A stretch of 64,000 nt of DNA from Lama guanicoe (lineage: Eukaryota). The position numbers were made by a program, and so were the translations under genes. The notes below the pieces were generated by a model. The model was not told the DNA's origin and did no database searches. It saw only the letters and a list, made by a program, of their open reading frames with translations. Where the stretch lies: assembly GCA_013239625.1 (NCBI GenBank), contig MU053881.1:992001-1056000 (forward strand). Reading direction: 5' to 3'. Positions 38,936-52,319 of the stretch are shown one piece after another (positions within the stretch are counted from its first letter, which is position 1; every line of letters starts with the position of its first letter).

Positions 38936-41724
38936 TGACTCAGCCTGCGTGATATCAAAGTGTTGACGTCTGAGGTCCCTGTGGAAGTGGGGGAGAGGCC
39001 TTTGGCAGGCTTTGCACCCTGAGCCCTAGACCTGGCCAGAGTCCAAATGCTGGGGCCTCTCTCTGCTCTGTGTCCCCCAACCAGGCACCTTCTGAGCCAT
39101 TCGCCAGAGCCTGGGGCCTGGCCTGGCGCTCTCAGGTGGTGACTGAAGGGCTCTCCCACTGCACTTGGCTCGTGCCCTGTCCAGTGGCTGTTGCCGGCTC
39201 TCTGAATTACTGAAAGTCTGGGACCTCGGGGCTCGATGCCCAGGGCCCTCTCAGGCCCTCCTCCTCGTTCTGCCCCCGGGCTGTGCCTGCAGCTTGGGGA
39301 CTAGAGGAAACCCAAGGAGAAGGGCCGATTGTGAAACCTGAGGCAGCTGGCCCAGCTCCGGGAGGCGTGCTTCAGAGCTGAGCGCACCCTTGGCAGAGGC
39401 CTCGGCACTCCCACTGCTCCGCGGCCAGCCCCCTGGACAGCTGTTGGAGATACCAGTGCAGTGACGTGGCCTCACGCCGGGGTGGTGGGCGGGGGCCAGC
39501 TCCGGGACAGCCCAGGCTGCGCATTCTCCGAGGCCTGGTGCTGTCTGGGGTCAGACTTCGGAGACCACTCCAGAGCTGTCTGCTGAGCCAGGGGGCTTTC
39601 TGCCTGGGCTCTGTGGCTTGGGGTCCCTGCCCGGTGGGCTCCGAAGGCAAAGGTGATGCCTGCAGCCAGGCAAGGGCTTGGGCCCACCTCAGCCTTCAGT
39701 AGAGACTTGCCCTGCGTGCCCTCCTCCCCTGCCCCGGCCCCCGCCCTGACGCCCTCTGTGACTGGCACTCGATCTGGCTGGCGCAGACAGCCCGCGGGCT
39801 CAGCTCCGCTCCTCAGACTGAAACTTAGTGTCCCCTGTGTCTCGGGCCTGCCCTCCCCCCTTCCTCTCCCCTCCCGCACTTGTATGGGACCTGGTTCGGG
39901 GTGGAACTGGCCAGGTGAGTGTGGCCAGGATGGGCCTGGCTCTTCGGAGCCCCGGGAACAGACAGATGATGAATGTGACCCAGGGATGGAGATCTCGGTG
40001 CTGACCTGGCTGTGGCCTCAACTCAGGTGCAGGGGACAGTTCTCAGAGGAGCCACCTCAGCACAGAGGCCAGGGCAGTTTGGTGTAAGGGGTCCAGTGTG
40101 CCTGCCTGGGCCGCTTACCCAACCCCACTGGGTCTCGCTGTCCTCACCTCTAGAATGGGGGTGATGTCGCAGGGGCTGCTGACCCTCGTCGCACCCTTGG
40201 CGTGGCCCCCACCCCGTGCGCGCTCTTCCCTACGCTCAAGACCCGGGGCTGCTCGCCCCGGCGCGGAGGCCCTCTCCGCCCTCGCTGCCCGTCTCCGAGG
40301 CGCTCTCTTCATCAGACAGGATGCACTGATGCTCTTTCTTTCTTTCCTTTATAGTGAGTGACCCCCGAAGAGCTTTCTGTTGGCGCACAGTAACCGCGCC
40401 TGGCTTCCAGACCACATGCGGTCTCAGAGCGAAGCTCTGCTCTGGGTGCATCTGGAGTTTAATTAACAAGGGCAGTGTGCCTAGCTGTCACCATGGCCGT
40501 GGGCCCTGCAGATCCCCCGCACAGCGGACAGGGATGTTACTGGGAGAGACGTGATGTCTCCAGGGACAACTTCACACGTCTGTGGCATTTGTGTTTCAGA
40601 TGTGTTGGCCGGCCTGCCAGAGGTGGGAGCAGCTGGGCCCCAAACATCCCTCGGGACCCTGACGAGGCTCCCTCCACACTGCAGGTTCCCCCATGGGACA
40701 GCTGTGAAAGAGATGTGGGCTTCCAGCATGCTGGATCTATGCATGGGAGCGGGGACAGAGGGACAGGTGTCCCACGGCAGGTCCCTGGACAGAGGCCTCT
40801 TGGGGAGGCAGAGGGGCCTGGTAACAGGTGAGAAGTGCAGGGTCCCAGCCTCAGGGATGTGGCGGCAGAGACAGCTCTGGGGACATCCAATGGGGAGAGA
40901 AGGCCCTTCGCCAGAAGCAGGGGGGCCAGGCCGAGTGCAGAAGCTGGGTTTGGGCCCGAGGTCCAAACTCTGCCAATTTGTACCAGCCGGAGGCCTCTGA
41001 CCAAGGCCCTGTTTCCTCTCAGAATTCTCTGCAGGTTGGCGCACACTTCAGCCAGCTCCAAGCCTGAAGTGTTTTCTATAAAAATTTCCAATTTTCCTTG
41101 ACCCATTTCTCTTTCAAATGAATACCAAGCAGTGCAGTGCACTTGGCCCTGAAGGAACTCTGAGCTGGAGAAAGGTCACGCAATTAGACGGAGCGCTGGT
41201 GTCTGGCTCTCTCTCCTGCCCTTCTCGGGCTTTGTTCCTCTCTCCCTCAGTCTGATCCTCTCTCTCTCACACGCGTGTTTGGAACTTGGGCTGGATTCTT
41301 GTGCCGAGGTGTCGCTCCCAGAGCTCTTGACCTGGCTCCGCTGAGCTGGGCCCAGTCCTAGGGTGTGGGCTTCACCTCGACCCCAAGCAAGGCTGCAGGG
41401 ACTGTGCTGGGAGGACCTGGGGGCAGAGCCCAGCTGGGGTGCCTTTCGTGGGGTCCAGGCAGGATGAAGGTGCACCCTTGGGGTGAGGTCAGGGCTCAGG
41501 TGAGAGCTTGCAGGACGGCACAGGGTTCAGGGGAGTCCGGGACCTGATGGAAGAGGCGGCCGGGGAGCTGGGCCTGCGTGGGGATGCGGATGGGGCTGAT
41601 CTGGGCTGGGAGGAGCCCGGTGCCCGGTGCTGCTCCCGGTCATGGGGGCGGTGACATGGATAAGAACTGTGCTCCTTGAGGGGACCCTGCGTTCCAGAGC
41701 AGGCACCTCGCCCGCTGCCGCACG

Positions 41725-42400
41725 TCTGTTTTCTCATCCACTTATTCATTCATTCAACACATACTCACTGTGTGCCTGCCTGTGTCCGGGGCTGGATTGG
41801 TGCTGGAGGTAACATCAGAGATTGACCCGGATGACGTCCTGGCTCTTGGGGGGCTCACTGGCCAGTGGGAGAGACAGTGAGCAGAGGCTGCAGAGAGAGG
41901 GGGAAAGCCTGGCACAAAGCAAAATCCGGGAAAGGGTAGACTGAGTTGGGGGAGGTGCTCTGGGTCAGAGACAAGACACACCTGGTTTAAGGGAAGGCCA
42001 GCCTGGGACACTGCTCCAGACAGAGGGGACAACAGGTGTAGAAACACTTGGCACTTCCTGAGGTAAGAGTCACCCTGGTGTGACTGAGGAGCAGAGAGAA
42101 GCCCATGTTCCTGGAAACGAGGGAGTGACGGGAGAGGGGAAGGGCTGGAGATGGGGGAGGGCTGGATCCTGTCGAGCCAGGGAGCAAGGGGGGGTTCTTA
42201 CTCCCCTAGCAGTGGGAAGCCTTTGGAGGGCTCTCAGTGCGGGGAGTGGCTGCAAGGAGGTCCATGGGGGCCCTGGGTCGTCCTGGTGGGCAACGGCAGA
42301 TGGCGGGGGGATGAGTTCAGGATGCTTTTGGATGTGGAGTGTGAGGGGAGGATCAAAGATGGCTCCTGGCTTTTGAAAGGCCTGAGCCCTTGGGAAGATG
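41725..42400 (-). mobile_element. L2 3' fragment
   Basis: catccacttattcattcattcaacacatactcactgtgtgcctgcctgtgtccggggctgg terminal motif followed by purine-rich L2 body. Confidence 0.65.
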
Positions 42401-44614
42401 GTGGCTGACTGTGACGCAGGTCGACATGGGGGTGCTGGGGGAGGAGAGGCCGGTCAGATGGCTGCGCCAAGCGCAGAAGTCAGAGTGGTGGCCCATCTCC
42501 TGACTTCAGAACTGCGCGCCTGCCACTGTCCCTCGCTGCCCTGGCTCAGAGGAAGGGATTTCCTAGGAGAAATGGTGCTAGCCACAGGCCAAGCCCATTT
42601 GGCTTCCAGACCCTTGCAGTGGGGGACAGGGACCCCAGACTCTGCCCCACAAGTTAGCAAGCTCTGGGGTGTGCGCGCAGCCCTCCCTTGCCCCTGGAGG
42701 CAGAGGCCCTGCTCTATGGGACAGGGTAGCTGGCCACAAGGTGAGGTCCAGTGTCCCTTGGACGTGCGTGTGTGTCTCGGCCTCTGTGGTGGGCCAGGTC
42801 CTCCTTCCCCAGCCTGCCACTTTAGGGAGGGGGCCTGGATCTGCTGGGTGGGTGGGACTTGGAGACTGTGCATGGTGGGCTGTGGTGCCTGCCTCTCAGG
42901 CCCTTCAGACGGAGGTCTGCTGTCCACCTAGCCTGGCTGCAGGCAGCACTGACCCGCTGCTCACACTGCTGCTGTCCGGGGTGGCGGTAACGCCCCTGCC
43001 CCTTGTGCAACCACTCTTGGAATTCGGGTTTGGGGACCTCCTGGCCGGGGACCTCGGTTCTTCTCCTGTGAATAGGTACCTGTTGCTGACCCTGCAGGGT
43101 ACGGCCTGAGCTGGCCCGGATGCCCCGAGCCCTGGCTCTGAGCAGCTGTCTGGGGTGCTTGGCCGAGTGACCGAAATAATTATGGAATCCAACCTCACGA
43201 CAAACTCATAGCTCAGGTGCAGAGCCAGACCACTCTCCCACTGCAGCTCCCAGTATCTCCAAGTCCTCACCAGCACAGGGGCTTTGCCCACGGATACTTT
43301 GCTGACCCAGTAGTGAAGGAAGTGCTGCTTTTTGCTTTAATTTGTGCTGCTTTGATGGGCAGAAAGGACGAATGACCTCCCCGCGCTGGCTTACTTTGTA
43401 TGTTTCCTGTTCCTGGTTACGTCCTTTGCCCCTTCATCTCCCGGGGTCTTTTATATCGGGATAAGCCCTTTATCTGCCTTAGATACCGACTTTCTGTCAC
43501 GTCCGACACAAGCCTTCTCCCCGGGCTGTAGTTCCTCTTTCCTCTTCAGTTTTGTTAGTTTTTGTTGCACAAAAGCCAGTCTTTCTGCAGCGCCGTCTGT
43601 GGCTGATTCTTTTCCTGTTCTGAAGCCGGTCGGTGGCTGGGGACATGTGCTTTTATTGAGGGCCTATGTGGAGACGGATGCTCTGCGTCAGCGTGTCTCT
43701 CGCTCTGCACGGCAGCCCCGGGAGCAGGCAGAGAGGCGGGCCCGGGGGCGCTGCTGCCCGGGCCACGACGAGGGGCAGGCCGAGGAGAGGCAGCCCTGGT
43801 GCAGGAGGCACCAGAGCGGGGCGGGCTGGTCGTCTCAGGGGCTCTTGGAGCGACTCCACGGGCCTGGCTGGTGCCATCGCTGTGCCCACCTTGCCGATGA
43901 GGAAACTGAGGTGCCCACAGTCACACAGCCCAGAAGTTGTAGAACCGCAGCCGAAGCCAGCCCGTCGGCCCCTGCGTGGGGCAGGGAGGAGCAGGCTGGG
44001 GCCCAGGGCGGCCTGGCCCCGGTGCAGTGCCTCCTGTCTGCCCGCGGAGCCTGGACCCACCTGGGGCCTCCCGGTCACCAAGGCTCCATTTCTAGATGCA
44101 GAAATGGAGGCCCCATGAGGGTGAGGGCGGACATGTCTCAGGCCGTGCAGCACACCAGCTGTGGGGAGAGCCTCTCACTTGCTGTGGAATCCCCAGCCTC
44201 AGCTGGAGTGCCTGGCACACAGTGGGTGCTTAAATTTCCGTGAAAAGAAAGAATGAATGCGGCTGCCCTGGGGAAGCCGGTCACACGGTCCTCACTCTGG
44301 GGAAGCAGTTGTCCCTGGTGGCGGCTGGAGGGCTTGCTGCTGGAGCCGGCTTTCATGGTTGCGGCAGCTCTCCTGCCCCTGGCTGCAGATTCTCGGGTTT
44401 GTGCAGGCGGGACGCTGTTGGGGCCCGGGCCCCATACCGTGCCAGGTGGTCGTGCGCCTTCAGCGCTGCGCTGGGGAGGCGAGCCGTGCAGCAGCGCCCG
44501 GGGGCCGGGAAGGCCGCCCCGCCCCCCGCACCCGGCACACTCTGGCTGCCACTCAGAGACCGTGCTGCTGTCTTTGGACGTCAGGTGCCCCGTAGAAGCC
44601 ACATCCCAAGTACT

Positions 44615-45120
44615 CATTAGTTCAGTTCATTCAACTGCTGTTTACTGATGGCCACCCGGGGCCAGGCTCTGGACAGACCCAGCGCCCCCAGCCCCGCCAT
44701 CACACAGCTTGTGGTGACAGCAGGGGATGCAGTGAGGTAGCCACACAGTAACTGGAGGCTGGAGGTGAGATCCTAAGTGTGGATTGCCGCTCACTGGGAG
44801 AGGAGGGGCTGGGGGCACAGGGGTGGGCGTCCAGCAGGAGGGCCGCGTGAAGGCAGAGAAGGTCGAGGGGCAGATCGCGGTGGGCTGTCTCGGCGTGGCG
44901 GGGGGTGCTCTCCTTTAAGTAGAGAAGCAGCATGGCCTGGTTTCTATGCAGGAGGGTGAAGGGGAAGAGGCAGGGAGCCAGGAGGCGGCTGCCGCAGGGG
45001 CCCGGAGAGAGGATGTGGCCTGGGCAGGGTGGCCTTGGGAGTAGAGAGGAGTGGCCAGATGCCACACTGAGCACAGCATGGAGCAGCAAGGATGTTGGGG
45101 GTCCTGTTAGGTGGTCCCCG
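44615..45120 (-). mobile_element. L2 3' fragment, degenerate
   Basis: cattagttcagttcattcaactgctgtttactgatggccacccggggccaggc resembles the L2 3' terminus. Confidence 0.45.
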
Positions 45121-45714
45121 TGATGGTCAGAGGGGGACGCTGCCCACTAGGCAGAACCACATTCCCATCCAGGCTCCACTCCTCCCACCCTCCCTGGGTC
45201 AGGGAGGAGCTAGAGCCGCTCCAGCCAGGCCCCTCTCATTCCTACCTCTGCCCCGCCCTGGCCTGCAGACTCAGGGTGGTGAATCATCTCTGTGGAGGTC
45301 CAGGCCTGGGAAGGTCTTTGTGCATCTGCACTTTTTTTTCTTTTTTTAAGGCTTCTATCCAGATCTCTGGACGCCTGTTCAAGACGAGTAAAAATGCCGC
45401 CTGCACACCCAGCTGAAGGGGATGAGCTGCCTGGGACTTGGGCCTTTCTTTGGCCAACAGCGGGAATTCTGTGGGTGTGCCACAGGGGCCGGAATCACCC
45501 CCTTTGTCCTCAGGTCTTTGACAGTTCGTGGACCGGGGCCGGGGCTGGCCAGGCATGGGGCACAAGTGGCAGGTGATGGAGCCGGGAGAACAAAGAGCTG
45601 GGGCACCAGGCTAGTGTGCTGAGGTCCAACACGGTGAAGGGCCACGCACTGCCCTGGGGTCCCCAGACCCCCCAGGCACAAGCCCCCAGTGGCCTGGGAG
45701 GAGCGGGGACTCGG

Positions 45715-46135
45715 GGGGTCAAGCTGACTCAAGTTCAGCGCAGATCATTTGGGTTGTTGTCGGAGAATACGGTCTTGCCTCGTGCAGGAAAGAATTCAGG
45801 AGCAAGGCACAGTGAAGTGAAGGCAAGTTTATTTAGAGAGAGACACACTCCATGGACAGAGTGCGGGGCCGTCTCAGAAGACCAGAGACTGACCACGAGG
45901 TGCAGAGCTGTAAGGTTTTATGGGCTCAGTAACTTCATATGCTAATGAGTAGGAGGATTCTTCTAGCTTCTTCGGGGAAGGGGCAGGGATTTCCAGGAAC
46001 TGGGCCCCACCCACTCTTTGACTGTCTGTGGTCAGCCTAGGAACTGTCATGGCACCTGGGGGTGTGCGTGAGGCTCAAGGTCCACTGGAAGTCCAGTCTT
46101 CCGCCATGTTGGTCCTAACCAGTTTGTCCTGTCCT
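45715..46135 (-). mobile_element. Endogenous retrovirus LTR (ERV1-like solo LTR)
   Basis: cctcgtgcaggaaagaattcaggagcaaggcacagtgaagtgaaggcaagtttatttagaga (AATAAA on minus) and aacttcatatgctaatgag, typical LTR architecture. Confidence 0.65.
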
Positions 46136-49100
46136 CAGTGGCTGTGTCACTCCTTCAGTGGTTGTGCCCTGCCCCCTTCCCTCCTGTTTCAGGGTCGGGG
46201 GGTTCAAGGGGGTTCAGGTTAGGGAATGATGGCTTGCTTGATCCCACTCGCAACCCAGAGCCACAGTTGTGGGCAGCCACAGGCTGGAGTGCAGGCGGAG
46301 TGTGCCCAGTGCCCAGGCTCAGGAGGGGCAGGGCTGGTGGGCAGCGACACGGACCCCCGATGGGTCAGAACCCCCAAGGATGGGAGCTTTTCTTCTTACC
46401 ATGTTGCCCAGAGCCTGGGGGTCAAGTGTCCTTGGACGGCGGTGAGGGGTGTCTTTCCACAGGGGTCTCTGATGCCAGCGTCGGTGGGGTGCAGGCCAAC
46501 GTGGAGTCAGCTGCAGAAGGGATTCCAGTTTCTCAGGAGAAGCCGGAAATTGCGATTTTATGTAAAACCTGTTCATTTTCAAATGCTGGCAGCTAATTCA
46601 CAATTTTCAAAAACTGTGTATGGGCCAAGCAGGCCCCTGGCAGCGGTGGGGGCGAGAGGGTCACAGGATGGCCTCAGTGCCCAGGAACCAGGGCCCACAG
46701 CCACCCCGCGGTCTCTGTGTGGCCGGCGCTGCCACGGAGTTGAAATGCACTTCAGAGGAATTTTTATTTTCCTTTCGGGAACGTTGTGAGAGACCTTTCC
46801 AGCGACTCCGTCTGTGTGAGGAGAGATCTGCGGTCGTCCTGTTTTTCTTGGAGGCCAGTGGGGAGGCCCGTCTGCAGAGCACTAGCGGGAAGGGCATGCG
46901 GCGGGCGCTGGGGGCTCCATCCGAGCCCCTAGACAGAGCCTGGGCGGGGTGGCCACTTTGTTGGGATCAGCCCCCAGACCCCCGGAAATGGGCCCCCTGC
47001 CCCCCAAGCACTGGGACCGCCCCGGCCACTGGCCTGGCCAGACAGGACTTGGGGGGACAGACCGCATGGTCACTGCGTCTGGATGCTAAGTCCCAGGGGC
47101 CGGGGTCTTGCTTTCCCAGCGTGCCCGTCCACGCTCAGGTCCCTGCGGCTTGGGGAGCGAAGGAAGAGTGCACGAGGAGTCTGCTTAGACGGCTGGGCTC
47201 CTCCGTTCTGGGCCGTGTCCCAGAAGCTACTTACATTCTTGGCCAAGTCACCAGCAGGACAAAACAGGGCTTGTCCTTGTCCTGGGACCTTGGACTGGGA
47301 CCTGGGAAGGATGCACGGTCTTCACCTGCCGAGAAGAGGACCTGCCCTGGGCCACCTCAGAAAACTCAGTTTGGGCCCTTGGTGACAGACTGCAGGGACC
47401 AGGCCCTGAGTCCCCGTCTCTCGATGTCCCAGGTTCCTGGAACGTGTTGGGGTGGGAGGCGTGGGAGGGAGCCGAGGGGCTCAGCATGGCCCTGGCCTGC
47501 TGGTCCCTGCTCTGGCCTAGCCTCAGTTCCCCTATTTGTAAAATCGGGGGGTGTTGGACTAACGCCAGGCCTCATCTGACTGCTCACAGGCTGAGTCTCC
47601 ACCACTCGCCCCCCGACGTTTTATTTGACTTACACAGTGTCTTCAAAAACTGTGAGTTTACACTTTAAAGTCAGAGGTTTCACGTTAAATCTCAATTTTC
47701 AGTTTCTCAGGAAGACCAGAAGCCTCAGCAGCCCTGGGCCCGTCCCTGAAGGCAGTATTTAGAGGGAGGTGCGAGGCCTCCCCTCCCCGCTCCTTCCTGC
47801 CTGGCCCTCCCACCCGCTCTGGCCCCCGCCTGTCCTGGTTGGCAATGGAGAGACATTCCTGGGGCACAGGTGACCTCTGGTGGGTGGTTACACACGCACA
47901 AACTCTCTGTCTCTCCCACACGCATGTGCACACACGTGCACATATGCACGCTTGTGCTTGTGCGCACACACAGACTTGTGCACAGAGCAGACACATCTTT
48001 TCATGGAATGAACCTCGGGACCCCAAGGGCAGCCAGTGTTAAAGCGAGAGGTCAAGGACCAGACCACCTGGGATGTAGGGGCGCATTGCGCCCTCGGCTG
48101 AGCTGGCTGCTGGGTCCTGTCCTGAATGATGGGCACCCGTGAAGGGGGCCTGGCGCTGCAGTGCTCCAGGGGCAGAACAAGACCCTCCGGGCCTTCTGTG
48201 GGAGGAACACAGCCTCTGAGCGCACTCACCACGGTGGGCACAGGTCAGGCTGCGGGCGGGGCTGGGGGATGGTGATGGGGAGCTGGTGGGTGACTTGCCA
48301 AGCTTATGTGTGGGGATGTAGGCAACCCCTGGGGCCTGCCAGATTTGGCCCGGCAGCATCTGTGCGAAGAGGCTTGGGGGGGCAGAGGGTGAGCATGCCC
48401 ACATGCGCCATGGCTGCATCTGTACCCAGGCCCTGGCAGCCGGGCCTCACCAGAGCCACCTGCTCCCCGTGGATGCTGGCAACAGGCAAGAGGGATAGTC
48501 TGGCCTCTTGTGTGATCAGTGTGATGTCACGTGTGGCTCCTGAAGGGGCAGAGGGCCAGCTCCGAGGGAATACGGTGGTTCCCCCACCTGCTGTGCCTGG
48601 AGAGGAGCTGGACCAGGCCCCAGTCCCACATCTTGGGAGCCGGCCCTGCCTCAGGAGGCCTGCTCTGAGCTGGGACCTGGCTGGCTCTCAGGAGAGGGAA
48701 CAGGAGTGAGGGGACTTGAAGGCTGAATGGTAGGAAGGGTCTGACCCCCCCAATGGAGGGAGGGAAAGTGGGGGAGAAGGTTGATCTAAACCCAGCCTGC
48801 TCTCAGGCCCAGAGGCTGCATCGGCTGCGTCAGCCCTGTCCCCTCCCCCAGCTTCAGTTCCACTCCCCAGACTGCCTCCTGGAGGTTTCCACCAGGTGGC
48901 TGCGGTGCTTAGGTCTTAGGTTAGACACCCCCAGACCCAAATCCAAGCCCCGATTCTGAGCCATTCCGCAGTCCCCTGCTCCCTCCTCAGGCTCCGGTGG
49001 TGACCTGCCTCGTGGCTTTGAGTTACTGTGGATTCCAGGTTCAGAGCCCTCAGGCCTGGCCTAGACTGAGTGCACGCCAGCCGAGTTCAGGTTTGAATTT

Positions 49101-49357
49101 CCCTTCCCTGGCGGGCGGGCTCCTTCTCCTGTCCTGCTTCAGTGATGGGCCTTGGCACTGCTGATCTCCGAGAGTGGGTGTCCTGGGCTGTTGTCTTCAT
49201 CCCCTCCCTCGCCCTCTAGAGCTGATCTGTGGACAAGCCTGACCAGTTCTACCCCTAACATGCCCGGAAACAGCACTGCCACCAATCCTCTCCCTGACTT
49301 TGTTGCCCGACCCAGTTGTCACGAATGCGAGGAATTCACTTTCCAGTGTCAGAAACT

Positions 49358-49600
49358 ATTCATTCATTTGTTCATTCATTCATTCATTCACTCATCCATT
49401 CATTCACTCATTAATTCATTTTACCCACTCATCAGTTCATTCACTTAATTATCCATCCATCCATCCAGTAAGTGTTTGCAGATGCCTCGTGCCAGGCCTG
49501 TGCTGGGCATTTCATATGCACAGTCTGGTCTCTGCCTCTGAGGGGTCCCAGCTGAGGGGAGAGGCAGGTAAGGGGACAAACCATGACAAGTGCTGCTCAC
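49358..49600 (-). mobile_element. L2 3' end with expanded (TTCA)n tract
   Basis: attcattcatttgttcattcattcattcattcactc...ccagtaagtgtttgcagatgcctcgtgccaggcctgtgctgggc. Confidence 0.6.
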
Positions 49601-49789
49601 ACGCTGGAGAGGCGCGGGGCACGAGCAGCTGGCGTTTCCCTGCGGGGTGAGCTGTAGGAAGCTCATGAGCATGGCTGCCAGGCCCCAAGGCCAAGTGGCT
49701 GCTCTGGGGCTCCAGGGACAAGGGCAGGGTGTCCTAGCTCAAAGCGCAGACCCTGAGGTCCTGCTCCCTGGTGTAAGTCCTGGCTTCTC

Positions 49790-49930
49790 CCTCCACCTCT
49801 GTGCCTCCGTTTCCTCATCAGAAAAATGGCGGTAAGGGGTTTCCATCCGGCCGGGGTGTTGGGAGGACTAGAGCCGTTCAAACCTGTGAAGGACCCAGCG
49901 TGGGCTGGCTGCGCTGCGTGGTGAAGTGCT
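49790..49930 (+). mobile_element. MIR SINE fragment
   Basis: cctctgtgcctccgtttcctcatcagaaaaatgg is the MIR core. Confidence 0.6.
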
Positions 49931-50707
49931 CCCGTGCGCGGAAGGGGAGGCCCCACCCCTGGCCACGGCCACTGAGCAGCCAGGCTCCTCCCCACGGGTT
50001 GCTGCCCATCTACTCCGCAGACAGTTGCTGGACTGCTGTCCCGTGTCCACTTCAGGTGGGCTCTGGGTGGGCAGCCTTGGCCCAGATCGTTTTGCCCTCC
50101 TGCCTTGCCAGGTCAGAGTGTGGGGTGAAGGGCCCTGATGTAGGGGGGCAGTGAGGCCCTGGGGGAGTCCTCTGCCTGCTGTGCCAGGTCAGGCATCCTG
50201 GAGCAGGTGGCACTGGGCAGTCCTGACAGGTGGGGGTGTCGAGCCTGCCCCCTGCACCAGGACCTTGTGCCATGAAGCAGAAGACGCCAGCCAGAGGTTT
50301 TGTTGGACACCACAGAATGTTGTTTTTCTCACACAATGTCACAAAATTAATCAAACAGACTGAGCTAATATTTCAGAGGATCTGTATGCACATACGGATT
50401 TCCAGCCTCCTTGAGGGGTCTGGGCCCCAGGCAGCCCTGGGCTTGCATGGCTCTCCCTCGGGGCTCCCGTGGGTGGGCGCTCAGGGCCCCGGGGGCCGTG
50501 TGCTCCTTTCCCGTCCCCACCACTTCCACTGACTCCCCTGCCCAGAGTCTGGGCCTTGGGATCCATCACCATGTCCCGTTGTCTTTCTTTTAGCCAGAGC
50601 GTATTTCTCTGCATCTTTGGTGCTGTCACATGCTGATACAGGACGGCCAGGAGGACAGGGCCTGTGAGCGGGAGCGTGGGTCAGACCTGGTGGGGAAGAG
50701 TATTCTC

Positions 50708-50829
50708 TTTTTTTTTTTTTACTTTTGCATTTTGCGGCGGAGGTAATTAGGTTTTTATTTATTTTAGTGGAGGCCCTGGGGACTGAGCCCAGGCCCTCGA
50801 GCCTGCACCTGAGCTCTGCCCTCCCGCTC
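50708..50829 (-). mobile_element. Camelid tRNA-derived SINE (Vic-1-like), internally shortened
   Basis: The minus strand reads gggagggcagagctcag...cctgggctcagtccccagggcctccactaaaataaataaaaacctaattacctcc... followed by poly(A); I recall aacctaattacctcc as characteristic of camelid SINEs. Confidence 0.75.
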
Positions 50830-50919
50830 AGAGAGCACTCGCAGGGCTTGGTCTGCAGCCCTGCAGCCAGTGTCTCCCCTGCATGTCTAACAGCATTTGA
50901 GTTGCTGCCCCCTCCCACC

Positions 50920-51230
50920 TTTTTTTAAACGTATAATTCGTGTAACATAAGAGCCACCATTTTAACCATTTAAAAATGTATAATCCATTGGTTCTTACAA
51001 TCTTCTCAACGTTGTGCAACCATTAGTCCCCTTAGTTCCAGAACATTGTCACCTCCCCCCATGGAAACCCTGTCGCATGAGCAGTCGCTCCCTGCCTCCC
51101 CCCCCAGCCCCTGGCAACTGTTCATCGATCGACTTCCTGTCTCTCTAGATCTGTCTGTTCCGACTCTCCATGTAAATGGACTCACTCAGTATGTGGCCTT
51201 CTGGGTCTGGCTTTACTCCTGGTCTTTTGA
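50920..51230 (-). mobile_element. L1 3'UTR fragment
   Basis: gtataattcgtgtaacataagagccaccattttaaccatttaaaaatgtataatccattgg...ccagaacattgtcacctcccc. Confidence 0.75.
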
Positions 51231-52319
51231 AATAGTCTGTTCTGCTGGTGTGCGAGCCCGCAGTTTACGCCGTGGTCCTTCTGTGCCCCCGCCGGCTTGA
51301 TCTTGTCCCTTGAGGTCGCTGAGGGCCCTGCTTGTGCCCTGGCTCTGCGGGCAGCCGACTGTGCTGCATCCTCTGAGACCACAGGCCTGGGATCCTGACC
51401 ACTCCTCGGGCTCCCGGCAAGGGCAGTGGCCCGGTCTCCTGGCTCTTCCCTCGGACTTGTCTCTGACCATGACCACTTCCCTATTAATTTCAGGTACCCT
51501 CCAGAAACAAGGATGAAAGGGGCTTTATTTCTTCAGAAGACATTCAGCTTGAGGCTCTGTCATATGCCTTTTCTAGGCCAGTCCCCACGGAGGGTGTGCA
51601 GCCCCAGGGCCCCTCTTCGTGGGAGTAGCAGGTGCCCGGTGACGTGAATATAAAATCCTGCTACTACTGCTGTTGCTCCAAAGCCACAAAGTGGCACCCA
51701 GTGGCAGAAGGAAGGCCCTGCTGGAGCTGGTTCAGGGCCTGGCTGCATCTCTCAAGTCTGCTCCCATCACCAGATATGGAGGTGGGCTTGGGGTCAAGTC
51801 TGCTTCGTCCTCGTGTCTCTCCGTGACTGGGACTGCATCTCAGATGCCTAAACTAGGCAACAATGTGCATTTGTGAAGCCCAGGGGGTGACACAGTAGGG
51901 AGCAGTGGGGACTGTGGTAAAAATAAAATCCAGCACGTCTCACCCCAGGGGGTGGCCTCCACACTTCTGAAATAAGTTCAGTGTTGAGGTCCCTTCCAAG
52001 GTGACGTGCTTGCACTGGTGCTGATCAGCTCTGGAGAAGCTCTAAACTGAGAAATAACAGCACAAACCTCCACCGCACCCTGAGTCCCAAAGAGGAAAAA
52101 ACCACGAGAACCCCCCACGGAGGCCAGCCTGGTGCTGATTTCACATCTGGAGCTGGCGTGGACACGTGTGTGTGTGGACATGTGTGCACACGTCCACGGC
52201 CAACACAGCCATGGGAAGCTGCATTAAGGAAAGGGGGACCATTTTTTCTAAGAAGAGTTAGAAAGGAGAACAGGGAACCCCCCCTGCGTGAGACAGTAAT
52301 AGAGGAACTGGGATGAAAC

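Noticed and set aside
40180..40310. CpG-rich patch as a promoter CpG island
   Set aside because: Too short, with no associated exon or start signals, in a generally CpG-rich background.
46620..47579. 319-aa plus-strand ORF
   Set aside because: No domain or splice logic; composition typical of random GC-rich ORFs; borders repeat fragments.
50760..50829. tRNA-like sequence
   Set aside because: SINE head, truncated and followed by a SINE tail and poly(A).
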